Origin: Candidatus Eiseniibacteriota bacterium
Lineage (GTDB): Bacteria; Eisenbacteria; RBG-16-71-46
Length of the DNA: 64,000 nucleotides
Assembly: GCA_963717935.1 (NCBI GenBank)
Contig: CAVQXP010000004.1
Span: forward strand, 544,001 to 608,000
Direction: 5' to 3'
Positions 31,477 through 41,405 of the stretch are shown here, one piece after another. Under the pieces are notes generated by a model. That model made no database searches. It saw nothing but the letters and a program-made list of their open reading frames with translations, and was not told the DNA's origin. A program made the position numbers and the translations under genes. Positions within the stretch are counted from its first letter, which is position 1. The number at the start of each line of letters is the position of its first letter.

Positions 31477-32102
31477 CGCTCCACCTCGCGCCACGCGGAA
31501 TCCGCCGCTTCCCACACCTCGATCCGGGTGACCGGGTGGATCTCCCAGCCGGTGAGGCGCGCCCCCCGCCGGAGCGCCTCGGGGTCGTGGCGCACGTCGT
31601 ACTGGTGATCGTAGAGGAGCCAGCCGCTCACGCGGGCGCGGCGTGGTCCCGTCTCCCACGGGGTCGCTCCGCCCTGGTTCGGGCGCAGGGTCGCGACCAG
31701 GTTCTCGTACGACCAGCGGTCGGACCCGCGGCCCCACTGCGGGGTCAGCTCGGCCGTGACGTACGCGGTGTCCGGCCCGCCGGGGGGGCGCCGTGTGGCG
31801 GCCAGCTCGAAGTGGATGTCGCCGTCCTTCGAGGTGAGCAGGTGCTGGACATAGCCATCGAAGGAGACGCCGCGCTCTTCGAGGCGCGCGTATTCGGCGA
31901 GTGGCCGTCCGCGCGGCAGCGACTCGAAGTCGGCGGCCGTGAACGGCGCCAGGCGGTCGGGCGCGTCCGCGCGGTCCTTAAGGGCGCGCAGGTGCCGCAT
32001 CTCGGGCGGCGACCACGGCGCCTTCCCCACGAGTTGCAGGAAGAAGAGCAGCACGACGAGGCCGAGCACGACCGCCCCCAGGGCGGCGAGGCGGAGGATC
32101 AC
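31473..32102 (-). CDS. Membrane-anchored hypothetical protein (possible OB-fold)
   Basis: GTGA/ATGA overlaps with both neighbours; N-terminal TM; motifs DGDIHFEL, TAELTP, SGWLLYD and WEIHPVTRIE. Confidence 0.75.
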   Translation of the reverse strand: MILRLAALGAVVLGLVVLLFFLQLVGKAPWSPPEMRHLRALKDRADAPDRLAPFTAADFESLPRGRPLAEYARLEERGVSFDGYVQHLLTSKDGDIHFELAATRRPPGGPDTAYVTAELTPQWGRGSDRWSYENLVATLRPNQGGATPWETGPRRARVSGWLLYDHQYDVRHDPEALRRGARLTGWEIHPVTRIEVWEAADSAWREVER

Positions 32103-33067
32103 AGGAGCCTCGCGCGCTTCTCGAGATACGCGAGCAGCGCCTGGTCGAACGGGGTGCGCGTGTCGATCTGGACGTAGTCGATGCGGTTCTCGCGGCATTG
32201 CCGCCGGTACTGCGCGGTCCAGGCGGCGAGCCGCTCGCGGTAGCGGCGCGCGATCTCCCAGGGCTCGGTGGTGAGCCGCTCGCCGCTCTCCAGGTCCACG
32301 AACGTCGTGCTGTCGGTGTAGGGGAACTCGAGCTCGTCGGGGTCGAGGATGTGGAACACCACCACCTCGTGGTGGTCGTGGCGGAAGTGCTGGAGCCCCG
32401 CCAGCACCTCTCCCGGGCGGTCCATGAGGTCCGAGCAGAGCACGACCAGGCCGCGGCGCTTGATGCGCTCGGCGAGTTCGTGCAGCGCGGGGCCGAGCCG
32501 CGTGCGGCCCTGCGGCTCGAGTGCCCCGAGCGTCTTCAGCACCACGTCGAGATGCGAGCGCACGGCGCGCGCCGGCACGTAGCGCAGCGGCCGCTCGGCG
32601 AACAGCAGCAGGCCCACGGCGTCCTGCTGATGGAGCATGAGCCAGGCGAGCGAGGCGGCCAGGCACTGCGCGTACTCGAGCTTGGTCATGGCGGCGCGCG
32701 ACGACTTGAACCCCATCGAGCCCGAGAGGTCCACGAGCAGGTGACAGCGCAGGTTGGTCTCCTCGTTGTACTGCTTGACGAGGAAGCGGTCGGTGCGCGC
32801 CCAGACCTTCCAGTCGAGGCTCTTGAGCGGGTCGCCCGGCATGTAGGGCCGGTGTTCGGCGAACTCGACGCTGAAGCCGTGGAAGGGCGAGCGGTGCATG
32901 CCGGCGATGAAGCCCTCGACCACCAGCCGCGCGCGCACGTCGAGGTGGGAAAGCCGCGCGACCACGGCGGGGTCAAGCAGGTCGCGTCCGGGGCCGCCGG
33001 GGCGCGAGCCGGCGAGCCCGAGGTCGGGCCGCGCGCCGGAGCCGGAGCGGGGGAAGGAGGCGCTCAT
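32099..33067 (-). CDS. DUF58 (MoxR-associated VWA-like) protein
   Basis: GMHRSPFHGFSVEFAEHRPYMPGD, DWKVWAR, EETNL and DLSGSM. Confidence 0.93.
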   Translation of the reverse strand: MSASFPRSGSGARPDLGLAGSRPGGPGRDLLDPAVVARLSHLDVRARLVVEGFIAGMHRSPFHGFSVEFAEHRPYMPGDPLKSLDWKVWARTDRFLVKQYNEETNLRCHLLVDLSGSMGFKSSRAAMTKLEYAQCLAASLAWLMLHQQDAVGLLLFAERPLRYVPARAVRSHLDVVLKTLGALEPQGRTRLGPALHELAERIKRRGLVVLCSDLMDRPGEVLAGLQHFRHDHHEVVVFHILDPDELEFPYTDSTTFVDLESGERLTTEPWEIARRYRERLAAWTAQYRRQCRENRIDYVQIDTRTPFDQALLAYLEKRARLL

Positions 33068-34437
33068 GCGCTCCTCCTCCCGCGCCAGAGGAAGTACACG
33101 GGGAAGCCGAGCGCGGCGATGATCACGCCGCCGGCGGCGCGCCAGCCGCTGGCCGAGAGGTCGCTCGCGATGATGGCCACCGTGACGAGGATGAAGAGGA
33201 TGGGCGTGAGCGGGTAGAGCGGCGTGCGGTACGCGGAGAGCCGGCGGCCGGACTCGCGCTCGCGGCGGCGCTGCACGAAGAGCGCCGCGGTCGTCACGCC
33301 GTAGAAGAGCCACATCGTGGTCACGAACCAGCCCGAGACGTCCTCGAACGAGCTGGCGATCCACAGCCAGAGGCAGGAGAGCGCCGCCTGCACCCACAGC
33401 GCGCGGTCGGGCGCGGAGCGCCGGGGATCCACGTGAGCGAGCGGCTTCCAGAGCAGGCCGTCGGCGGCCATGGCGAGCGTGACGCGCGGCCCGGTGAGGA
33501 TGGCCCCGTTCACGGTGCCGAAGGTCGAGACGGCGACCAGCACCGCCAGCGCGCGGCTGCCCCAGGGCCCGAGGATGCGGCGCATCGTCTCGGCGCCCAC
33601 CACCGGGTAGGCGGCCACCTCGCCCGGCGTGAGCACGCGGAAGTAGGCCAGGTTCGTCACCACGTAGATCGTGATGACCAGCACCGTGCCCCAGAGGATG
33701 GCGACCGGCAGGTTCCGCCGGGGCTCCACGATCTCGCCGCCCACGTAGGTGGCGTCGGTCCAGCCGTCGTAGGCGAAGAGCACCGGGATCATCGCCAGCA
33801 CCATGGCGAGCAGCAGCGGCCGCGCGGCGTGCGTGGCGGCGACCGGAGCGGGGTACCCGCCGAAGGTGGGTCCCGGGGCGCCGGAATGCGGGAGCGCGAA
33901 CGCCGCCACGCACAGCGCCGCGATGCCGAGCACCTTGAGCGTGGTGAAGAGCGAGGCCGTGCCCGCGCCCTGCCGCACGCCCAGCGCGTTGATGCCGGTC
34001 AGCAGCAGGATGGCAGTACAGCCCACCGGCAGCAGCGCGCCGCGCGGCAGGCCCACGGCATCGCAGAAGTACTCGGCGAACACGAAGGTGATGGCGGCGA
34101 TGAGCGTGGGCTTGATGACCCAGAGGTTCGCCCAGCCGAAGGTGAAGGCCCAGGCGTCGCCGAAGCCCTCGCGGATGAAGACGTAGAGCCCCCCGGTCTT
34201 CGGGTGCGCGACCGCCAGCTCCACGAGCGCGAGCGAGCCGCAGAGCGAAAGCGCGCCGCCGACGATCCAGACGGCGATCATCGCCGGCGCCTGGTCGAGG
34301 AACTGCGCGACCGAGTTCGGCGATTTGAAGATGCCCGAGCCGACGATGTTGCCGACCGTGATGGCCGTGGCGGCGTAGAGACCGATCTGCCGCTTGAGAT
34401 CCACTTCCGGGCGGGGCGCGGGCGGGGCGAGAGCCAT
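33064..34437 (-). CDS. APC-superfamily amino acid permease
   Basis: GNIVGSGIF, ELAVAHPKTGGLY, FAYDGW, EIVEPRRNLP and YRTPLYP; about 12 TMs. Confidence 0.93.
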   Translation of the reverse strand: MALAPPAPRPEVDLKRQIGLYAATAITVGNIVGSGIFKSPNSVAQFLDQAPAMIAVWIVGGALSLCGSLALVELAVAHPKTGGLYVFIREGFGDAWAFTFGWANLWVIKPTLIAAITFVFAEYFCDAVGLPRGALLPVGCTAILLLTGINALGVRQGAGTASLFTTLKVLGIAALCVAAFALPHSGAPGPTFGGYPAPVAATHAARPLLLAMVLAMIPVLFAYDGWTDATYVGGEIVEPRRNLPVAILWGTVLVITIYVVTNLAYFRVLTPGEVAAYPVVGAETMRRILGPWGSRALAVLVAVSTFGTVNGAILTGPRVTLAMAADGLLWKPLAHVDPRRSAPDRALWVQAALSCLWLWIASSFEDVSGWFVTTMWLFYGVTTAALFVQRRRERESGRRLSAYRTPLYPLTPILFILVTVAIIASDLSASGWRAAGGVIIAALGFPVYFLWRGRRSA

Positions 34438-34443
34438 GCGCGA

Positions 34444-35463
34444 CTACTCGGTCGGCACCGTCTTGAGCAGTTCCTGGATGATGCGCTCGGGCCTCACGCC
34501 CTCGGCTTCGGCGGTGAAGTTGGTGACGATGCGGTGGCGCAGCACGGCGGGCGCGACGGCCTGCACGTCCTCGATGCCCGGGGCGAAGCGGCCGTGCAGC
34601 ACGGCGCGCGTCTTGGCGCCGAGTACCAGGTATTGCGAGGCGCGTGGGCCCGCGCCCCACGAGACCCACTGGCGCACGAACTCCGGCGCCCCCGCGCCGC
34701 CCTCGGCCGAGGCCCCGCCGCGCGTCGCGCGCGCGAGCCGCACGGCGTAGCGCACCACGTGCTCGCCCGCCGGCACGCGGCGGATGAGCTGCTGCAGCTC
34801 GAGGATGTCCGCACCCGACAGCACGCGCTCGAGCTTCGCCTCGTAGGCCGAGGTCGTGGTGGCGACGATGCGCTCCTCCTCGTCCCGGCCCGGGTAGTCC
34901 ACCAGCACGTTGAACATGAAGCGGTCGAGCTGCGCCTCGGGAAGCGGGTAGGTGCCCTCGAGCTCGATGGGGTTCTGGGTCGCCAGCACGAAGAACGGCA
35001 GCGCCAGCGGGAAGGTCTGCCCGCTGGTGGTGACCTCCTTCTCCTGCATGGCCTGCAGGAGCGCCGCCTGGGTCTTCGGGGGCGTGCGGTTGATCTCGTC
35101 CGCCAGCACGATGTTCGCGAACACCGGCCCGTGGATGAAGCGGAACGAGCGCCGCCCGGTCGCGTGGTCCTCCTCGATGATGTCGGTGCCGGTGATGTCG
35201 CTCGGCATGAGGTCGGGCGTGAACTGGATGCGACTGAACCGGAGATCGAGCACCCGCGCCAGGCTCGAGATGAGCAGGGTCTTGGCGAGCCCCGGCACGC
35301 CCACCAGCAGCACGTGGCCGTTGGCGAACAGGGCGATGAGCAACTGCTCCACCACCTGGTCCTGCCCGACGATGATCTTGTGCAGCTCGGCGAGGATCTT
35401 CTCCCGCGCCGCCTTCAGGCGTTCGACGGCCTGCAGATCGGAACCGGCGGCTTCGGGGCTCAC
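34444..35463 (-). CDS. moxR: MoxR-family AAA+ ATPase
   Basis: HVLLVGVPGLAKT, RIQFTPDLMPSDITG, LADEINRTPPKTQAALL, ATQNPIELEGTYPLPEAQLDRF; GTG start about 35463. Confidence 0.95.
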   Translation of the reverse strand: MSPEAAGSDLQAVERLKAAREKILAELHKIIVGQDQVVEQLLIALFANGHVLLVGVPGLAKTLLISSLARVLDLRFSRIQFTPDLMPSDITGTDIIEEDHATGRRSFRFIHGPVFANIVLADEINRTPPKTQAALLQAMQEKEVTTSGQTFPLALPFFVLATQNPIELEGTYPLPEAQLDRFMFNVLVDYPGRDEEERIVATTTSAYEAKLERVLSGADILELQQLIRRVPAGEHVVRYAVRLARATRGGASAEGGAGAPEFVRQWVSWGAGPRASQYLVLGAKTRAVLHGRFAPGIEDVQAVAPAVLRHRIVTNFTAEAEGVRPERIIQELLKTVPTE

Positions 35464-35551
35464 GCGTACCTCGGGGGGGCGGGAAGACGGCAGGGCGCGG
35501 GGTACCCACCGAAGGCGGGTCCGGCGCGCCCGGAACTCGAACGGAGGCGAA

Positions 35552-35581
35552 AGCCTAGCACGCGCCGTGAACGAGCGGCAA
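35552..35581 (-). promoter_or_regulatory. sigma70-type promoter for the moxR operon (TTGCCG-N18-TAGGCT, extended -10)
   Basis: Matches the mfd promoter pattern TTG...TGCTAGGCT. Confidence 0.5.
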
Positions 35582-35654
35582 TCGCTGGACGAAGGCTTGA
35601 CGAGGGCGCGGGCGAAGCGGGGACCACGGCGCGCGGCCGGCGGCCGCGCGCGCC

Positions 35655-38165
35655 CTATTCGATCCGCACCAGCTTGGTCAGCCGCGTCGCGCTCCCGGCG
35701 CGCGCGAAGTAGAGACCGGGGGCGACCGGGCGGCCGGAGTCGTCGCGGCCGTCCCAGGCGAAGGCGCCGCCGCCGTCCAGCACGGCCGCGCGCCGCCGGC
35801 GGCCCGAGAGGTCGAAGATGGTGACGCGGGTCCCCGCCGGTCCCGAGATGCGGATCGCTCCGCGGAACGGATTGGGGGCGGCGAGCAACGGCGTCCCCGG
35901 ACCGCCGTTGCAGGTCGTGGCGCGGATCTGGACGGCCGCGTCCGCCCAGGCCTGGTCGCGCTGCGTGCCGTGCTCGTCGCAGGCGGTCACGCGCAGCGCG
36001 CCGTCGCCCGGCCATGCCCCGCACGGGACGACCACGCCCGCCGCTCCCGCTTCCGCCGCCACGCGCGCGAGCGTCAGCGGCGCCCGCCCGCCCTGCACCA
36101 GGGCGACCTCGACCGCCGTGACCTCGTCGGGATCGCTCGCCTCCCAGCGCACGGTGAGGGTGTCACCCGGGGCCAGCGTGTCGCCCGCCGCGGGGGCGAG
36201 CAGCACCACCGTGGGCGGGCGGTCCACGGGACCCAGCACGGTGAAGCCGAAGCGCATCTGCGTGGGCGGCAGCGGCACGTACTCGTCCTCGGCGCAGTCG
36301 GGGCAGTCGGCGGTGGTGATGCGGTAGAGGTGGCCGCGCAGGGTGAACGAGCGCGCCGTGCCGGGCAGGGACGTGCCGGGCGGGCTCCACTCCACCACCT
36401 CGGCCCAGGGCACGAAGTACGGCAGGCGCCAGCCGCCCCGCACGGTCGTGGTGCCGCCCACGCGCGGCCACACGCGCACCGGTCCGAGGAACGAGTCGGG
36501 CAGCGCCAGGTTCGCGGTGACCTCGAGGAGCTCCGCCGGGTGCCGTCCGCTCCAGTGGCCGAGCGTGCCGAAGCCGCCCTCGTCGACCTGCAGCGTGTCG
36601 GAGCCGAGCGCGCGGAACGACTGGCCGGCGACCTCGTCGTGCCAGATGCCGATGGCCGGCCCGACGGCATCCAGCGCGGCCGCGGCGTCGAGCCGGCCCC
36701 ATCCGGTCATCGCATCCACGCCCGGGTCGCCGATGTCGTGGGCGCTCTCTCGCAGCACGTGCTTGAAGTCCGCGTCGATGAGCTCGGGCCGCGCGGCGGC
36801 GAGCAGGCCCACCGCGCCGGTCACGAATGGGGCGGCGAACGAGGTCCCGGCCACGGAGACGTAGCCGGGATAGGAAGTCCCGATGGCGTTCGGGTAGGTC
36901 ATGTACGTGGTCCAGATGTCCACGCCCGGGGCCATGAGGTCCATGTCCGGGCCGTAGGACGACCAGCTCGCGCGCTGGTCGAAGCGGTCGGTGGCGCCCA
37001 CCTGGATGCCCAGCCCGTCCGCCGCGTAGGCAGCCGGGTACTGCGCGCTGAGATCGCCGAGGTAGCCGCTGTTGCCGGCGGCCGCCACGACGACGCAGCC
37101 GCGGGCGATGGCCCAGTGCATCGCCAGGCGCTCGAGCCGGCTGGGGCTGCCGCCCGCGTAGGACAGGTTCATGGCGCGCGCCCCCACCGCGGTGGCGTAG
37201 AGCATGGCTGCGGAGATGGCGTACGAGGTCGCGTACCCGCTGTGGCCGGGCGAGACCTTGATGGGCACGAGACGGCAGCCGAAGTTGCCACGCCCGTCGC
37301 CGCCGCACACCCCCGCCATCCCGAGCGAGTCGAAGTGCGGCCCGTCGTTGGTGCGTGCCGCCATCACCCCCGCGACCCCCGTGCCGTGGTAGAACGAATC
37401 GGCGATGGCGTCCGCGGGCTCCAGGCCCGTGATGTTCACCGCGTGGACGATCCGCGGCGAGCCATCGGGCAGCGTGGCCGCGAGATCGGGGTGTGCGGGG
37501 TCGATCCCCGTGTCGGCCACGGCGAGCAGGACGTCGTTCGACCCGGAACAGCGCGCCCAGGCCTCGAGTGCGCGGATGTCGGCGCCGGCCACGCCGCCCC
37601 AGGGCGAGGCGGGCCCCAGATTGCGCAGGCCCCACTGGCGCCCGTCGAGCAGCAGCGGGTCGTCTGGCAGGGGGGGGTCGAACTGGAGCGCCGCGAACCC
37701 GCGCACCTGGTTGGGCTCGGCCCACTCCACGCCGGGGTCGGCGAGCAACGCCTCGAGCGCGGCGGCGGTGGTGGCCGAGTCGGGCACCGCGAGCAGCCAG
37801 ATGCGCGCCGGGTCGAGGGCGAAGGGGCCGGTCTCGAGGTCCGGCGTCTGGGCGCGGAGTGCGGCGCCGGTGCCGGGCGACAGCGGGACGGTGAGCGGAA
37901 GCCGGTCGGCGAGCGACTCGCGGAAACGAAGACCGAGGGTCTCGAGCCGTGCGGCGAGTCCCGCCCGGGCTTCATGGGCGGTGGTGCCCGGGCGTGGGGG
38001 CGCGAGCGCCACCACCAACTCGTACACGGGCTCGGCCCGGGCGACGGGTGCGACCACGACCAGGAGGATCGAGAGGACGGCCCCGAGGAGCGAAACGCGA
38101 AGGACGGACATGGGATCCAGTGCGGGAGGCGGGACGGCGGGGGCCCGCGGGACGGCGGGACTCAT
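35655..38165 (-). CDS. Secreted S8 (subtilisin-like) serine peptidase with FlgD/T9SS-like C-terminal domain
   Basis: Catalytic AVADTG, HGTGVAG, AAGNSG and GTSFAAP; tail PNPF...IFDLSGRR...WDGRDDSGRPVAPGLYFAR. Confidence 0.92.
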   Translation of the reverse strand: MSPAVPRAPAVPPPALDPMSVLRVSLLGAVLSILLVVVAPVARAEPVYELVVALAPPRPGTTAHEARAGLAARLETLGLRFRESLADRLPLTVPLSPGTGAALRAQTPDLETGPFALDPARIWLLAVPDSATTAAALEALLADPGVEWAEPNQVRGFAALQFDPPLPDDPLLLDGRQWGLRNLGPASPWGGVAGADIRALEAWARCSGSNDVLLAVADTGIDPAHPDLAATLPDGSPRIVHAVNITGLEPADAIADSFYHGTGVAGVMAARTNDGPHFDSLGMAGVCGGDGRGNFGCRLVPIKVSPGHSGYATSYAISAAMLYATAVGARAMNLSYAGGSPSRLERLAMHWAIARGCVVVAAAGNSGYLGDLSAQYPAAYAADGLGIQVGATDRFDQRASWSSYGPDMDLMAPGVDIWTTYMTYPNAIGTSYPGYVSVAGTSFAAPFVTGAVGLLAAARPELIDADFKHVLRESAHDIGDPGVDAMTGWGRLDAAAALDAVGPAIGIWHDEVAGQSFRALGSDTLQVDEGGFGTLGHWSGRHPAELLEVTANLALPDSFLGPVRVWPRVGGTTTVRGGWRLPYFVPWAEVVEWSPPGTSLPGTARSFTLRGHLYRITTADCPDCAEDEYVPLPPTQMRFGFTVLGPVDRPPTVVLLAPAAGDTLAPGDTLTVRWEASDPDEVTAVEVALVQGGRAPLTLARVAAEAGAAGVVVPCGAWPGDGALRVTACDEHGTQRDQAWADAAVQIRATTCNGGPGTPLLAAPNPFRGAIRISGPAGTRVTIFDLSGRRRRAAVLDGGGAFAWDGRDDSGRPVAPGLYFARAGSATRLTKLVRIE

Positions 38166-38211
38166 CGCAAGCGACGTGCCCGGATCGGACGAACGGCCGC
38201 GGCGCCCGTTC

Positions 38212-39117
38212 CTATCGCCCTCCGTGCAACGGGAATTCGGTGCGTGCCGCGCGAGAAAGGCGCAGCTCGTCGATGCCCCCGTCGAGCGCGTACCAGGGCG
38301 CCGTGTCGGCCGTGGGCCCCTGACGCAGGTCGCCGCCGAAGTTGGTGAGGAAGCGCGCGTCGAAGAAATTGCCCACCAGCAGCGGGGCCTGGCTCACGCG
38401 GATGCGCCCCGAGGTCGCGAAGGTGCCGTCGGGCTGGCCGTCCAGGAAGAAGCGCACGACCTGGCCGTCGAACGTGACGGCCACGTGGGTCCAGCGCTGC
38501 AGCTCGATCTTGCTCAGGGAGTAGAACACGCGGGGCGAGCCCGCGTCCTCGGGCTGGAAGACGAACAGGAGCCGGCCAGCCTCGACGCTCCGCACGAACT
38601 CCTGGTGCCACAGGGGGCCGGTGCCGGCGCCGAACTCGGCGGGCCGGAGGGCGGCGGGCAGGTTGGAGCCGACGACGGAGAACATCCAGCTGTGCTCCGC
38701 GGTCGTCGGCGACCACCGGGTGGCGATGGGGGAATCCTCGTACGGCGAATAGGCATTCGGGGCGATCCACGCCTCGACGGTGAGCGCCGACTGCGAATCG
38801 AGCAGCGAGCTGTAGGGCACATGGAGGAACGAGTTGGCCGAGAGCGTGAACAGCCGCGCGCCCCGGAAGCGGCCGAAGATGGTACGGGTGTCCGGGCCGG
38901 CGGTGGCGTCGAGCCGTGACGGACCGGCGTCGGCCGCGTAGAGGCTGCCGGTCTCGTCCATCCGCCACAGCGCCACCGTGACGGAATCCACGGGGGTGCC
39001 GGGCAGGTCGGCCGTGAGGTCGGGCGGTTTCGCGTTCTTCGCGCACGCGGCGAGCGCGAGCAGGCCGAGGGCGGCCGCGAGCACGCGGCCGGCGGAGCCG
39101 CGGCGGGTCCGGCTCAC
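38212..39117 (-). CDS. LamG/concanavalin-like domain lipoprotein
   Basis: Lipobox LAAC; VALWRMDE, LTVEAWI, WTHVAVTFDG..VRFFLDG and GGIDELRLS. Confidence 0.87.
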   Translation of the reverse strand: MSRTRRGSAGRVLAAALGLLALAACAKNAKPPDLTADLPGTPVDSVTVALWRMDETGSLYAADAGPSRLDATAGPDTRTIFGRFRGARLFTLSANSFLHVPYSSLLDSQSALTVEAWIAPNAYSPYEDSPIATRWSPTTAEHSWMFSVVGSNLPAALRPAEFGAGTGPLWHQEFVRSVEAGRLLFVFQPEDAGSPRVFYSLSKIELQRWTHVAVTFDGQVVRFFLDGQPDGTFATSGRIRVSQAPLLVGNFFDARFLTNFGGDLRQGPTADTAPWYALDGGIDELRLSRAARTEFPLHGGR

Positions 39118-41249
39118 CTCCCGGCCTCCGTCTGCGCGAGGGTCGCGCGCGCCCGAGCTTCGGCTTCGCGGTCGCCGAGCGCCTGATACAACTCGATCAT
39201 GCGTCGCAGCGTATCAGAGTCGCGGGTCAGCGCCACCACCGGGCGCCACAGCGCCGCGGCCTCCTGCGGGCGCCCCGCGAAGAGCACCGCCCAGCCGCGC
39301 CCGATCCGGGCGTCCGCGTTCGAGGGAGCGAGTGCCTCGGCGCGCTCGAAGGCCGCCTGGCCGGCCGCGAAGTCGCCCAGCCGCAGGCAGACCTTGCCGA
39401 TCGCGAGCTGCAGCGCCGCGTCGCGGGGCAGGCGCAGGGCCGCGCGCTCGTAGTTGGCACGCGCCTCGGCCGGCCGCCCGCGCGCCAGCTCGACGCTCCC
39501 CAGCGAGCGCAGGGCCAGCGGCTCCGAGGGGTCCACGGCCAGCTGTCCGCGCGCCGAGTGCAGGGCGGTCAGCGTGTCGTTCGCGGCCCACGCCGGCGCC
39601 TGGCCGAACCCGGGGCCGATCTCGTAGAGCACCGCGGGGTGCGGGGTGGTGACGCGGCGGCGCGTGAGGCCCGGGACCACGGCCGTCGAGTCGAGCAGGT
39701 ACCAGAACTCCGGGCGGGTCTGGCCCTCGGGCCAGGAGAAGTAGAGCCAGCGCGCGCCCCGGGCCCGTGCGTAGTCCGCCAGCTCGGGCAGCGTGCCGAC
39801 GAACGGGAAGGGCACGGGCTCGACCCCGGAGTGGAAGGCGACGTGGGCCTTGCGCGCGATGACCCGGTCGCCCGGGCGCGCGAGCGAGCGCAGCGTGCGC
39901 GCGGCGTCGAGCACCTCCACGGGCAACTGGTCTAGCACCCGGGCCTGCGATCGCACCGTGGTGGCGAGGGCGAGAGCCAGCGGCAGCAGGGCGAGCGCGG
40001 GCTTGAGCCAGGCGCGGGGCCCGCGCAGGAGCACGAGCGCGAAGCGCGGCGAGGCGAAGAACAGCGCGGCGGCAGCGGCGTAGTACGGCAGCAGGGCGAG
40101 CGAGTAGCGCTCGGAATAGAAGGCCGGGACGAGCGCGAGGAAGAGCAGCGCCCAGGCCGGCGCGAGCGGCCAGAGGCGCCGAAGCGTCCCGTCCGCCAGT
40201 CCGAGCCCGAGGCCGAGCGCGGCGCACGCCGCGGCCGGCCAGCCGAACAGGCGCGCGGCGTCCTGGCGCAGGTGGTCGTAGACGTTGAAGAGCATGCGCC
40301 CCGCGACCGCGCCGGGGTCGCGGGCGATCACGTCGGCCAGGCCGTGGAACTGCGGCTGCATCGTGCGCTGGTAGGTGTCCCAGGGGATGCCCTTCGCGCG
40401 CGCGAACACCTCGTAGGCGATGTTGTGGTGGAGCTGGAACGTCACGCCGGTCCCGCGCGCAAACGAGTAGATCACCCATGGAACGAGCGGCAGGAGGAAC
40501 CCGCCGGCGAACAGCAGGGCCGCGCGCCCGCGCTTCTCCTGCAGCGCCCCCCCTGCGGCGATGACGACGAGCCCGGCCGGCAGGAGCACGCCGGCGTTGT
40601 AGCGCGTGAGGAAGGCGAGCGCGGCCAGCACGCCGGCCCCGGCGGCGGCGCGAAGGCCGGGGCGGGCCAGCAGCAGGTAGAGCGTCGCGGCCTGCAGGGC
40701 GAGAGCGAACGCATCGGTCGTGACCGAATAGCCGTAGCGGAAGAACGTGGCATTCGTGGCCATGAAGAGCGCCGCGCCCAGGGCGGCACGCGCATCGGCG
40801 CGCCGGCGGAGCAGCGCGGACCACAGGAGCAGCGTGAGCGAACTCGAGGCCACCGAGAGGAGACCCGCTGCCAGGAAGAGGTTCCGCACGACGAGTCCGG
40901 CCAGCGCCAGTGCCAGTTCGTAGCCCGGACCGACCACGCCGTAGCGCGCCGGCTCGAGGTGGCCGTGCTGGATCAGGCGCGCGCCCTGGGCGTACTGACC
41001 GTAGAAGTCGGTCTCGGTCATGTAGTCGCCGACGCGGTGGGGCCCCAGCGCCATGACGAGGAGGGCCGCGCCCAGCAGCGCGACGACGAGCAGGCTCAGC
41101 CGCCACAGCACGCGGTCCAGCCCGGGCGCGAGCCCCGGCGCGGCGTGGAGCGCGACCGCGCCCGGACGCGTCCGGGGCCCGCGCCCGGCGGTCTCCTCGG
41201 CGGATGGCCGGTGGGGGCGGGGTCGTCGGCTGGAGGGTGCGGCGGACAT
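39114..41249 (-). CDS. GT-C (ArnT/PMT-like) glycosyltransferase-like membrane protein with C-terminal TPRs
   Basis: ETDFYGQY loop, PGY, TTD, LAFLTRY, many TMs and ERYSL; TPR helices at the C-terminus. Confidence 0.75.
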   Translation of the reverse strand: MSAAPSSRRPRPHRPSAEETAGRGPRTRPGAVALHAAPGLAPGLDRVLWRLSLLVVALLGAALLVMALGPHRVGDYMTETDFYGQYAQGARLIQHGHLEPARYGVVGPGYELALALAGLVVRNLFLAAGLLSVASSSLTLLLWSALLRRRADARAALGAALFMATNATFFRYGYSVTTDAFALALQAATLYLLLARPGLRAAAGAGVLAALAFLTRYNAGVLLPAGLVVIAAGGALQEKRGRAALLFAGGFLLPLVPWVIYSFARGTGVTFQLHHNIAYEVFARAKGIPWDTYQRTMQPQFHGLADVIARDPGAVAGRMLFNVYDHLRQDAARLFGWPAAACAALGLGLGLADGTLRRLWPLAPAWALLFLALVPAFYSERYSLALLPYYAAAAALFFASPRFALVLLRGPRAWLKPALALLPLALALATTVRSQARVLDQLPVEVLDAARTLRSLARPGDRVIARKAHVAFHSGVEPVPFPFVGTLPELADYARARGARWLYFSWPEGQTRPEFWYLLDSTAVVPGLTRRRVTTPHPAVLYEIGPGFGQAPAWAANDTLTALHSARGQLAVDPSEPLALRSLGSVELARGRPAEARANYERAALRLPRDAALQLAIGKVCLRLGDFAAGQAAFERAEALAPSNADARIGRGWAVLFAGRPQEAAALWRPVVALTRDSDTLRRMIELYQALGDREAEARARATLAQTEAGR

Positions 41250-41324
41250 GGTGGTGGAGTCTAGCCGGGCGCGCACGCCCGCGCGAGCGCGCGCCTCGAG
41301 GCCGGGCGCATGGCGGAGGGGCGG

Positions 41325-41362
41325 GAAAAGCGGAAGGCGGCAGCTTGTGGCTGCCGCCTTCC
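41325..41362 (-). terminator. Intrinsic terminator after the PEP-CTERM gene
   Basis: 13-bp stem GGAAGGCGGCAGC-cacaa-GCTGCCGCCTTCC followed by gcTTTT on the minus strand. Confidence 0.75.
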
Positions 41363-41405
41363 CTCCGGGCGGGGATCGAGGCGTCCGGGGCGGGGGGCTC
41401 CTATC

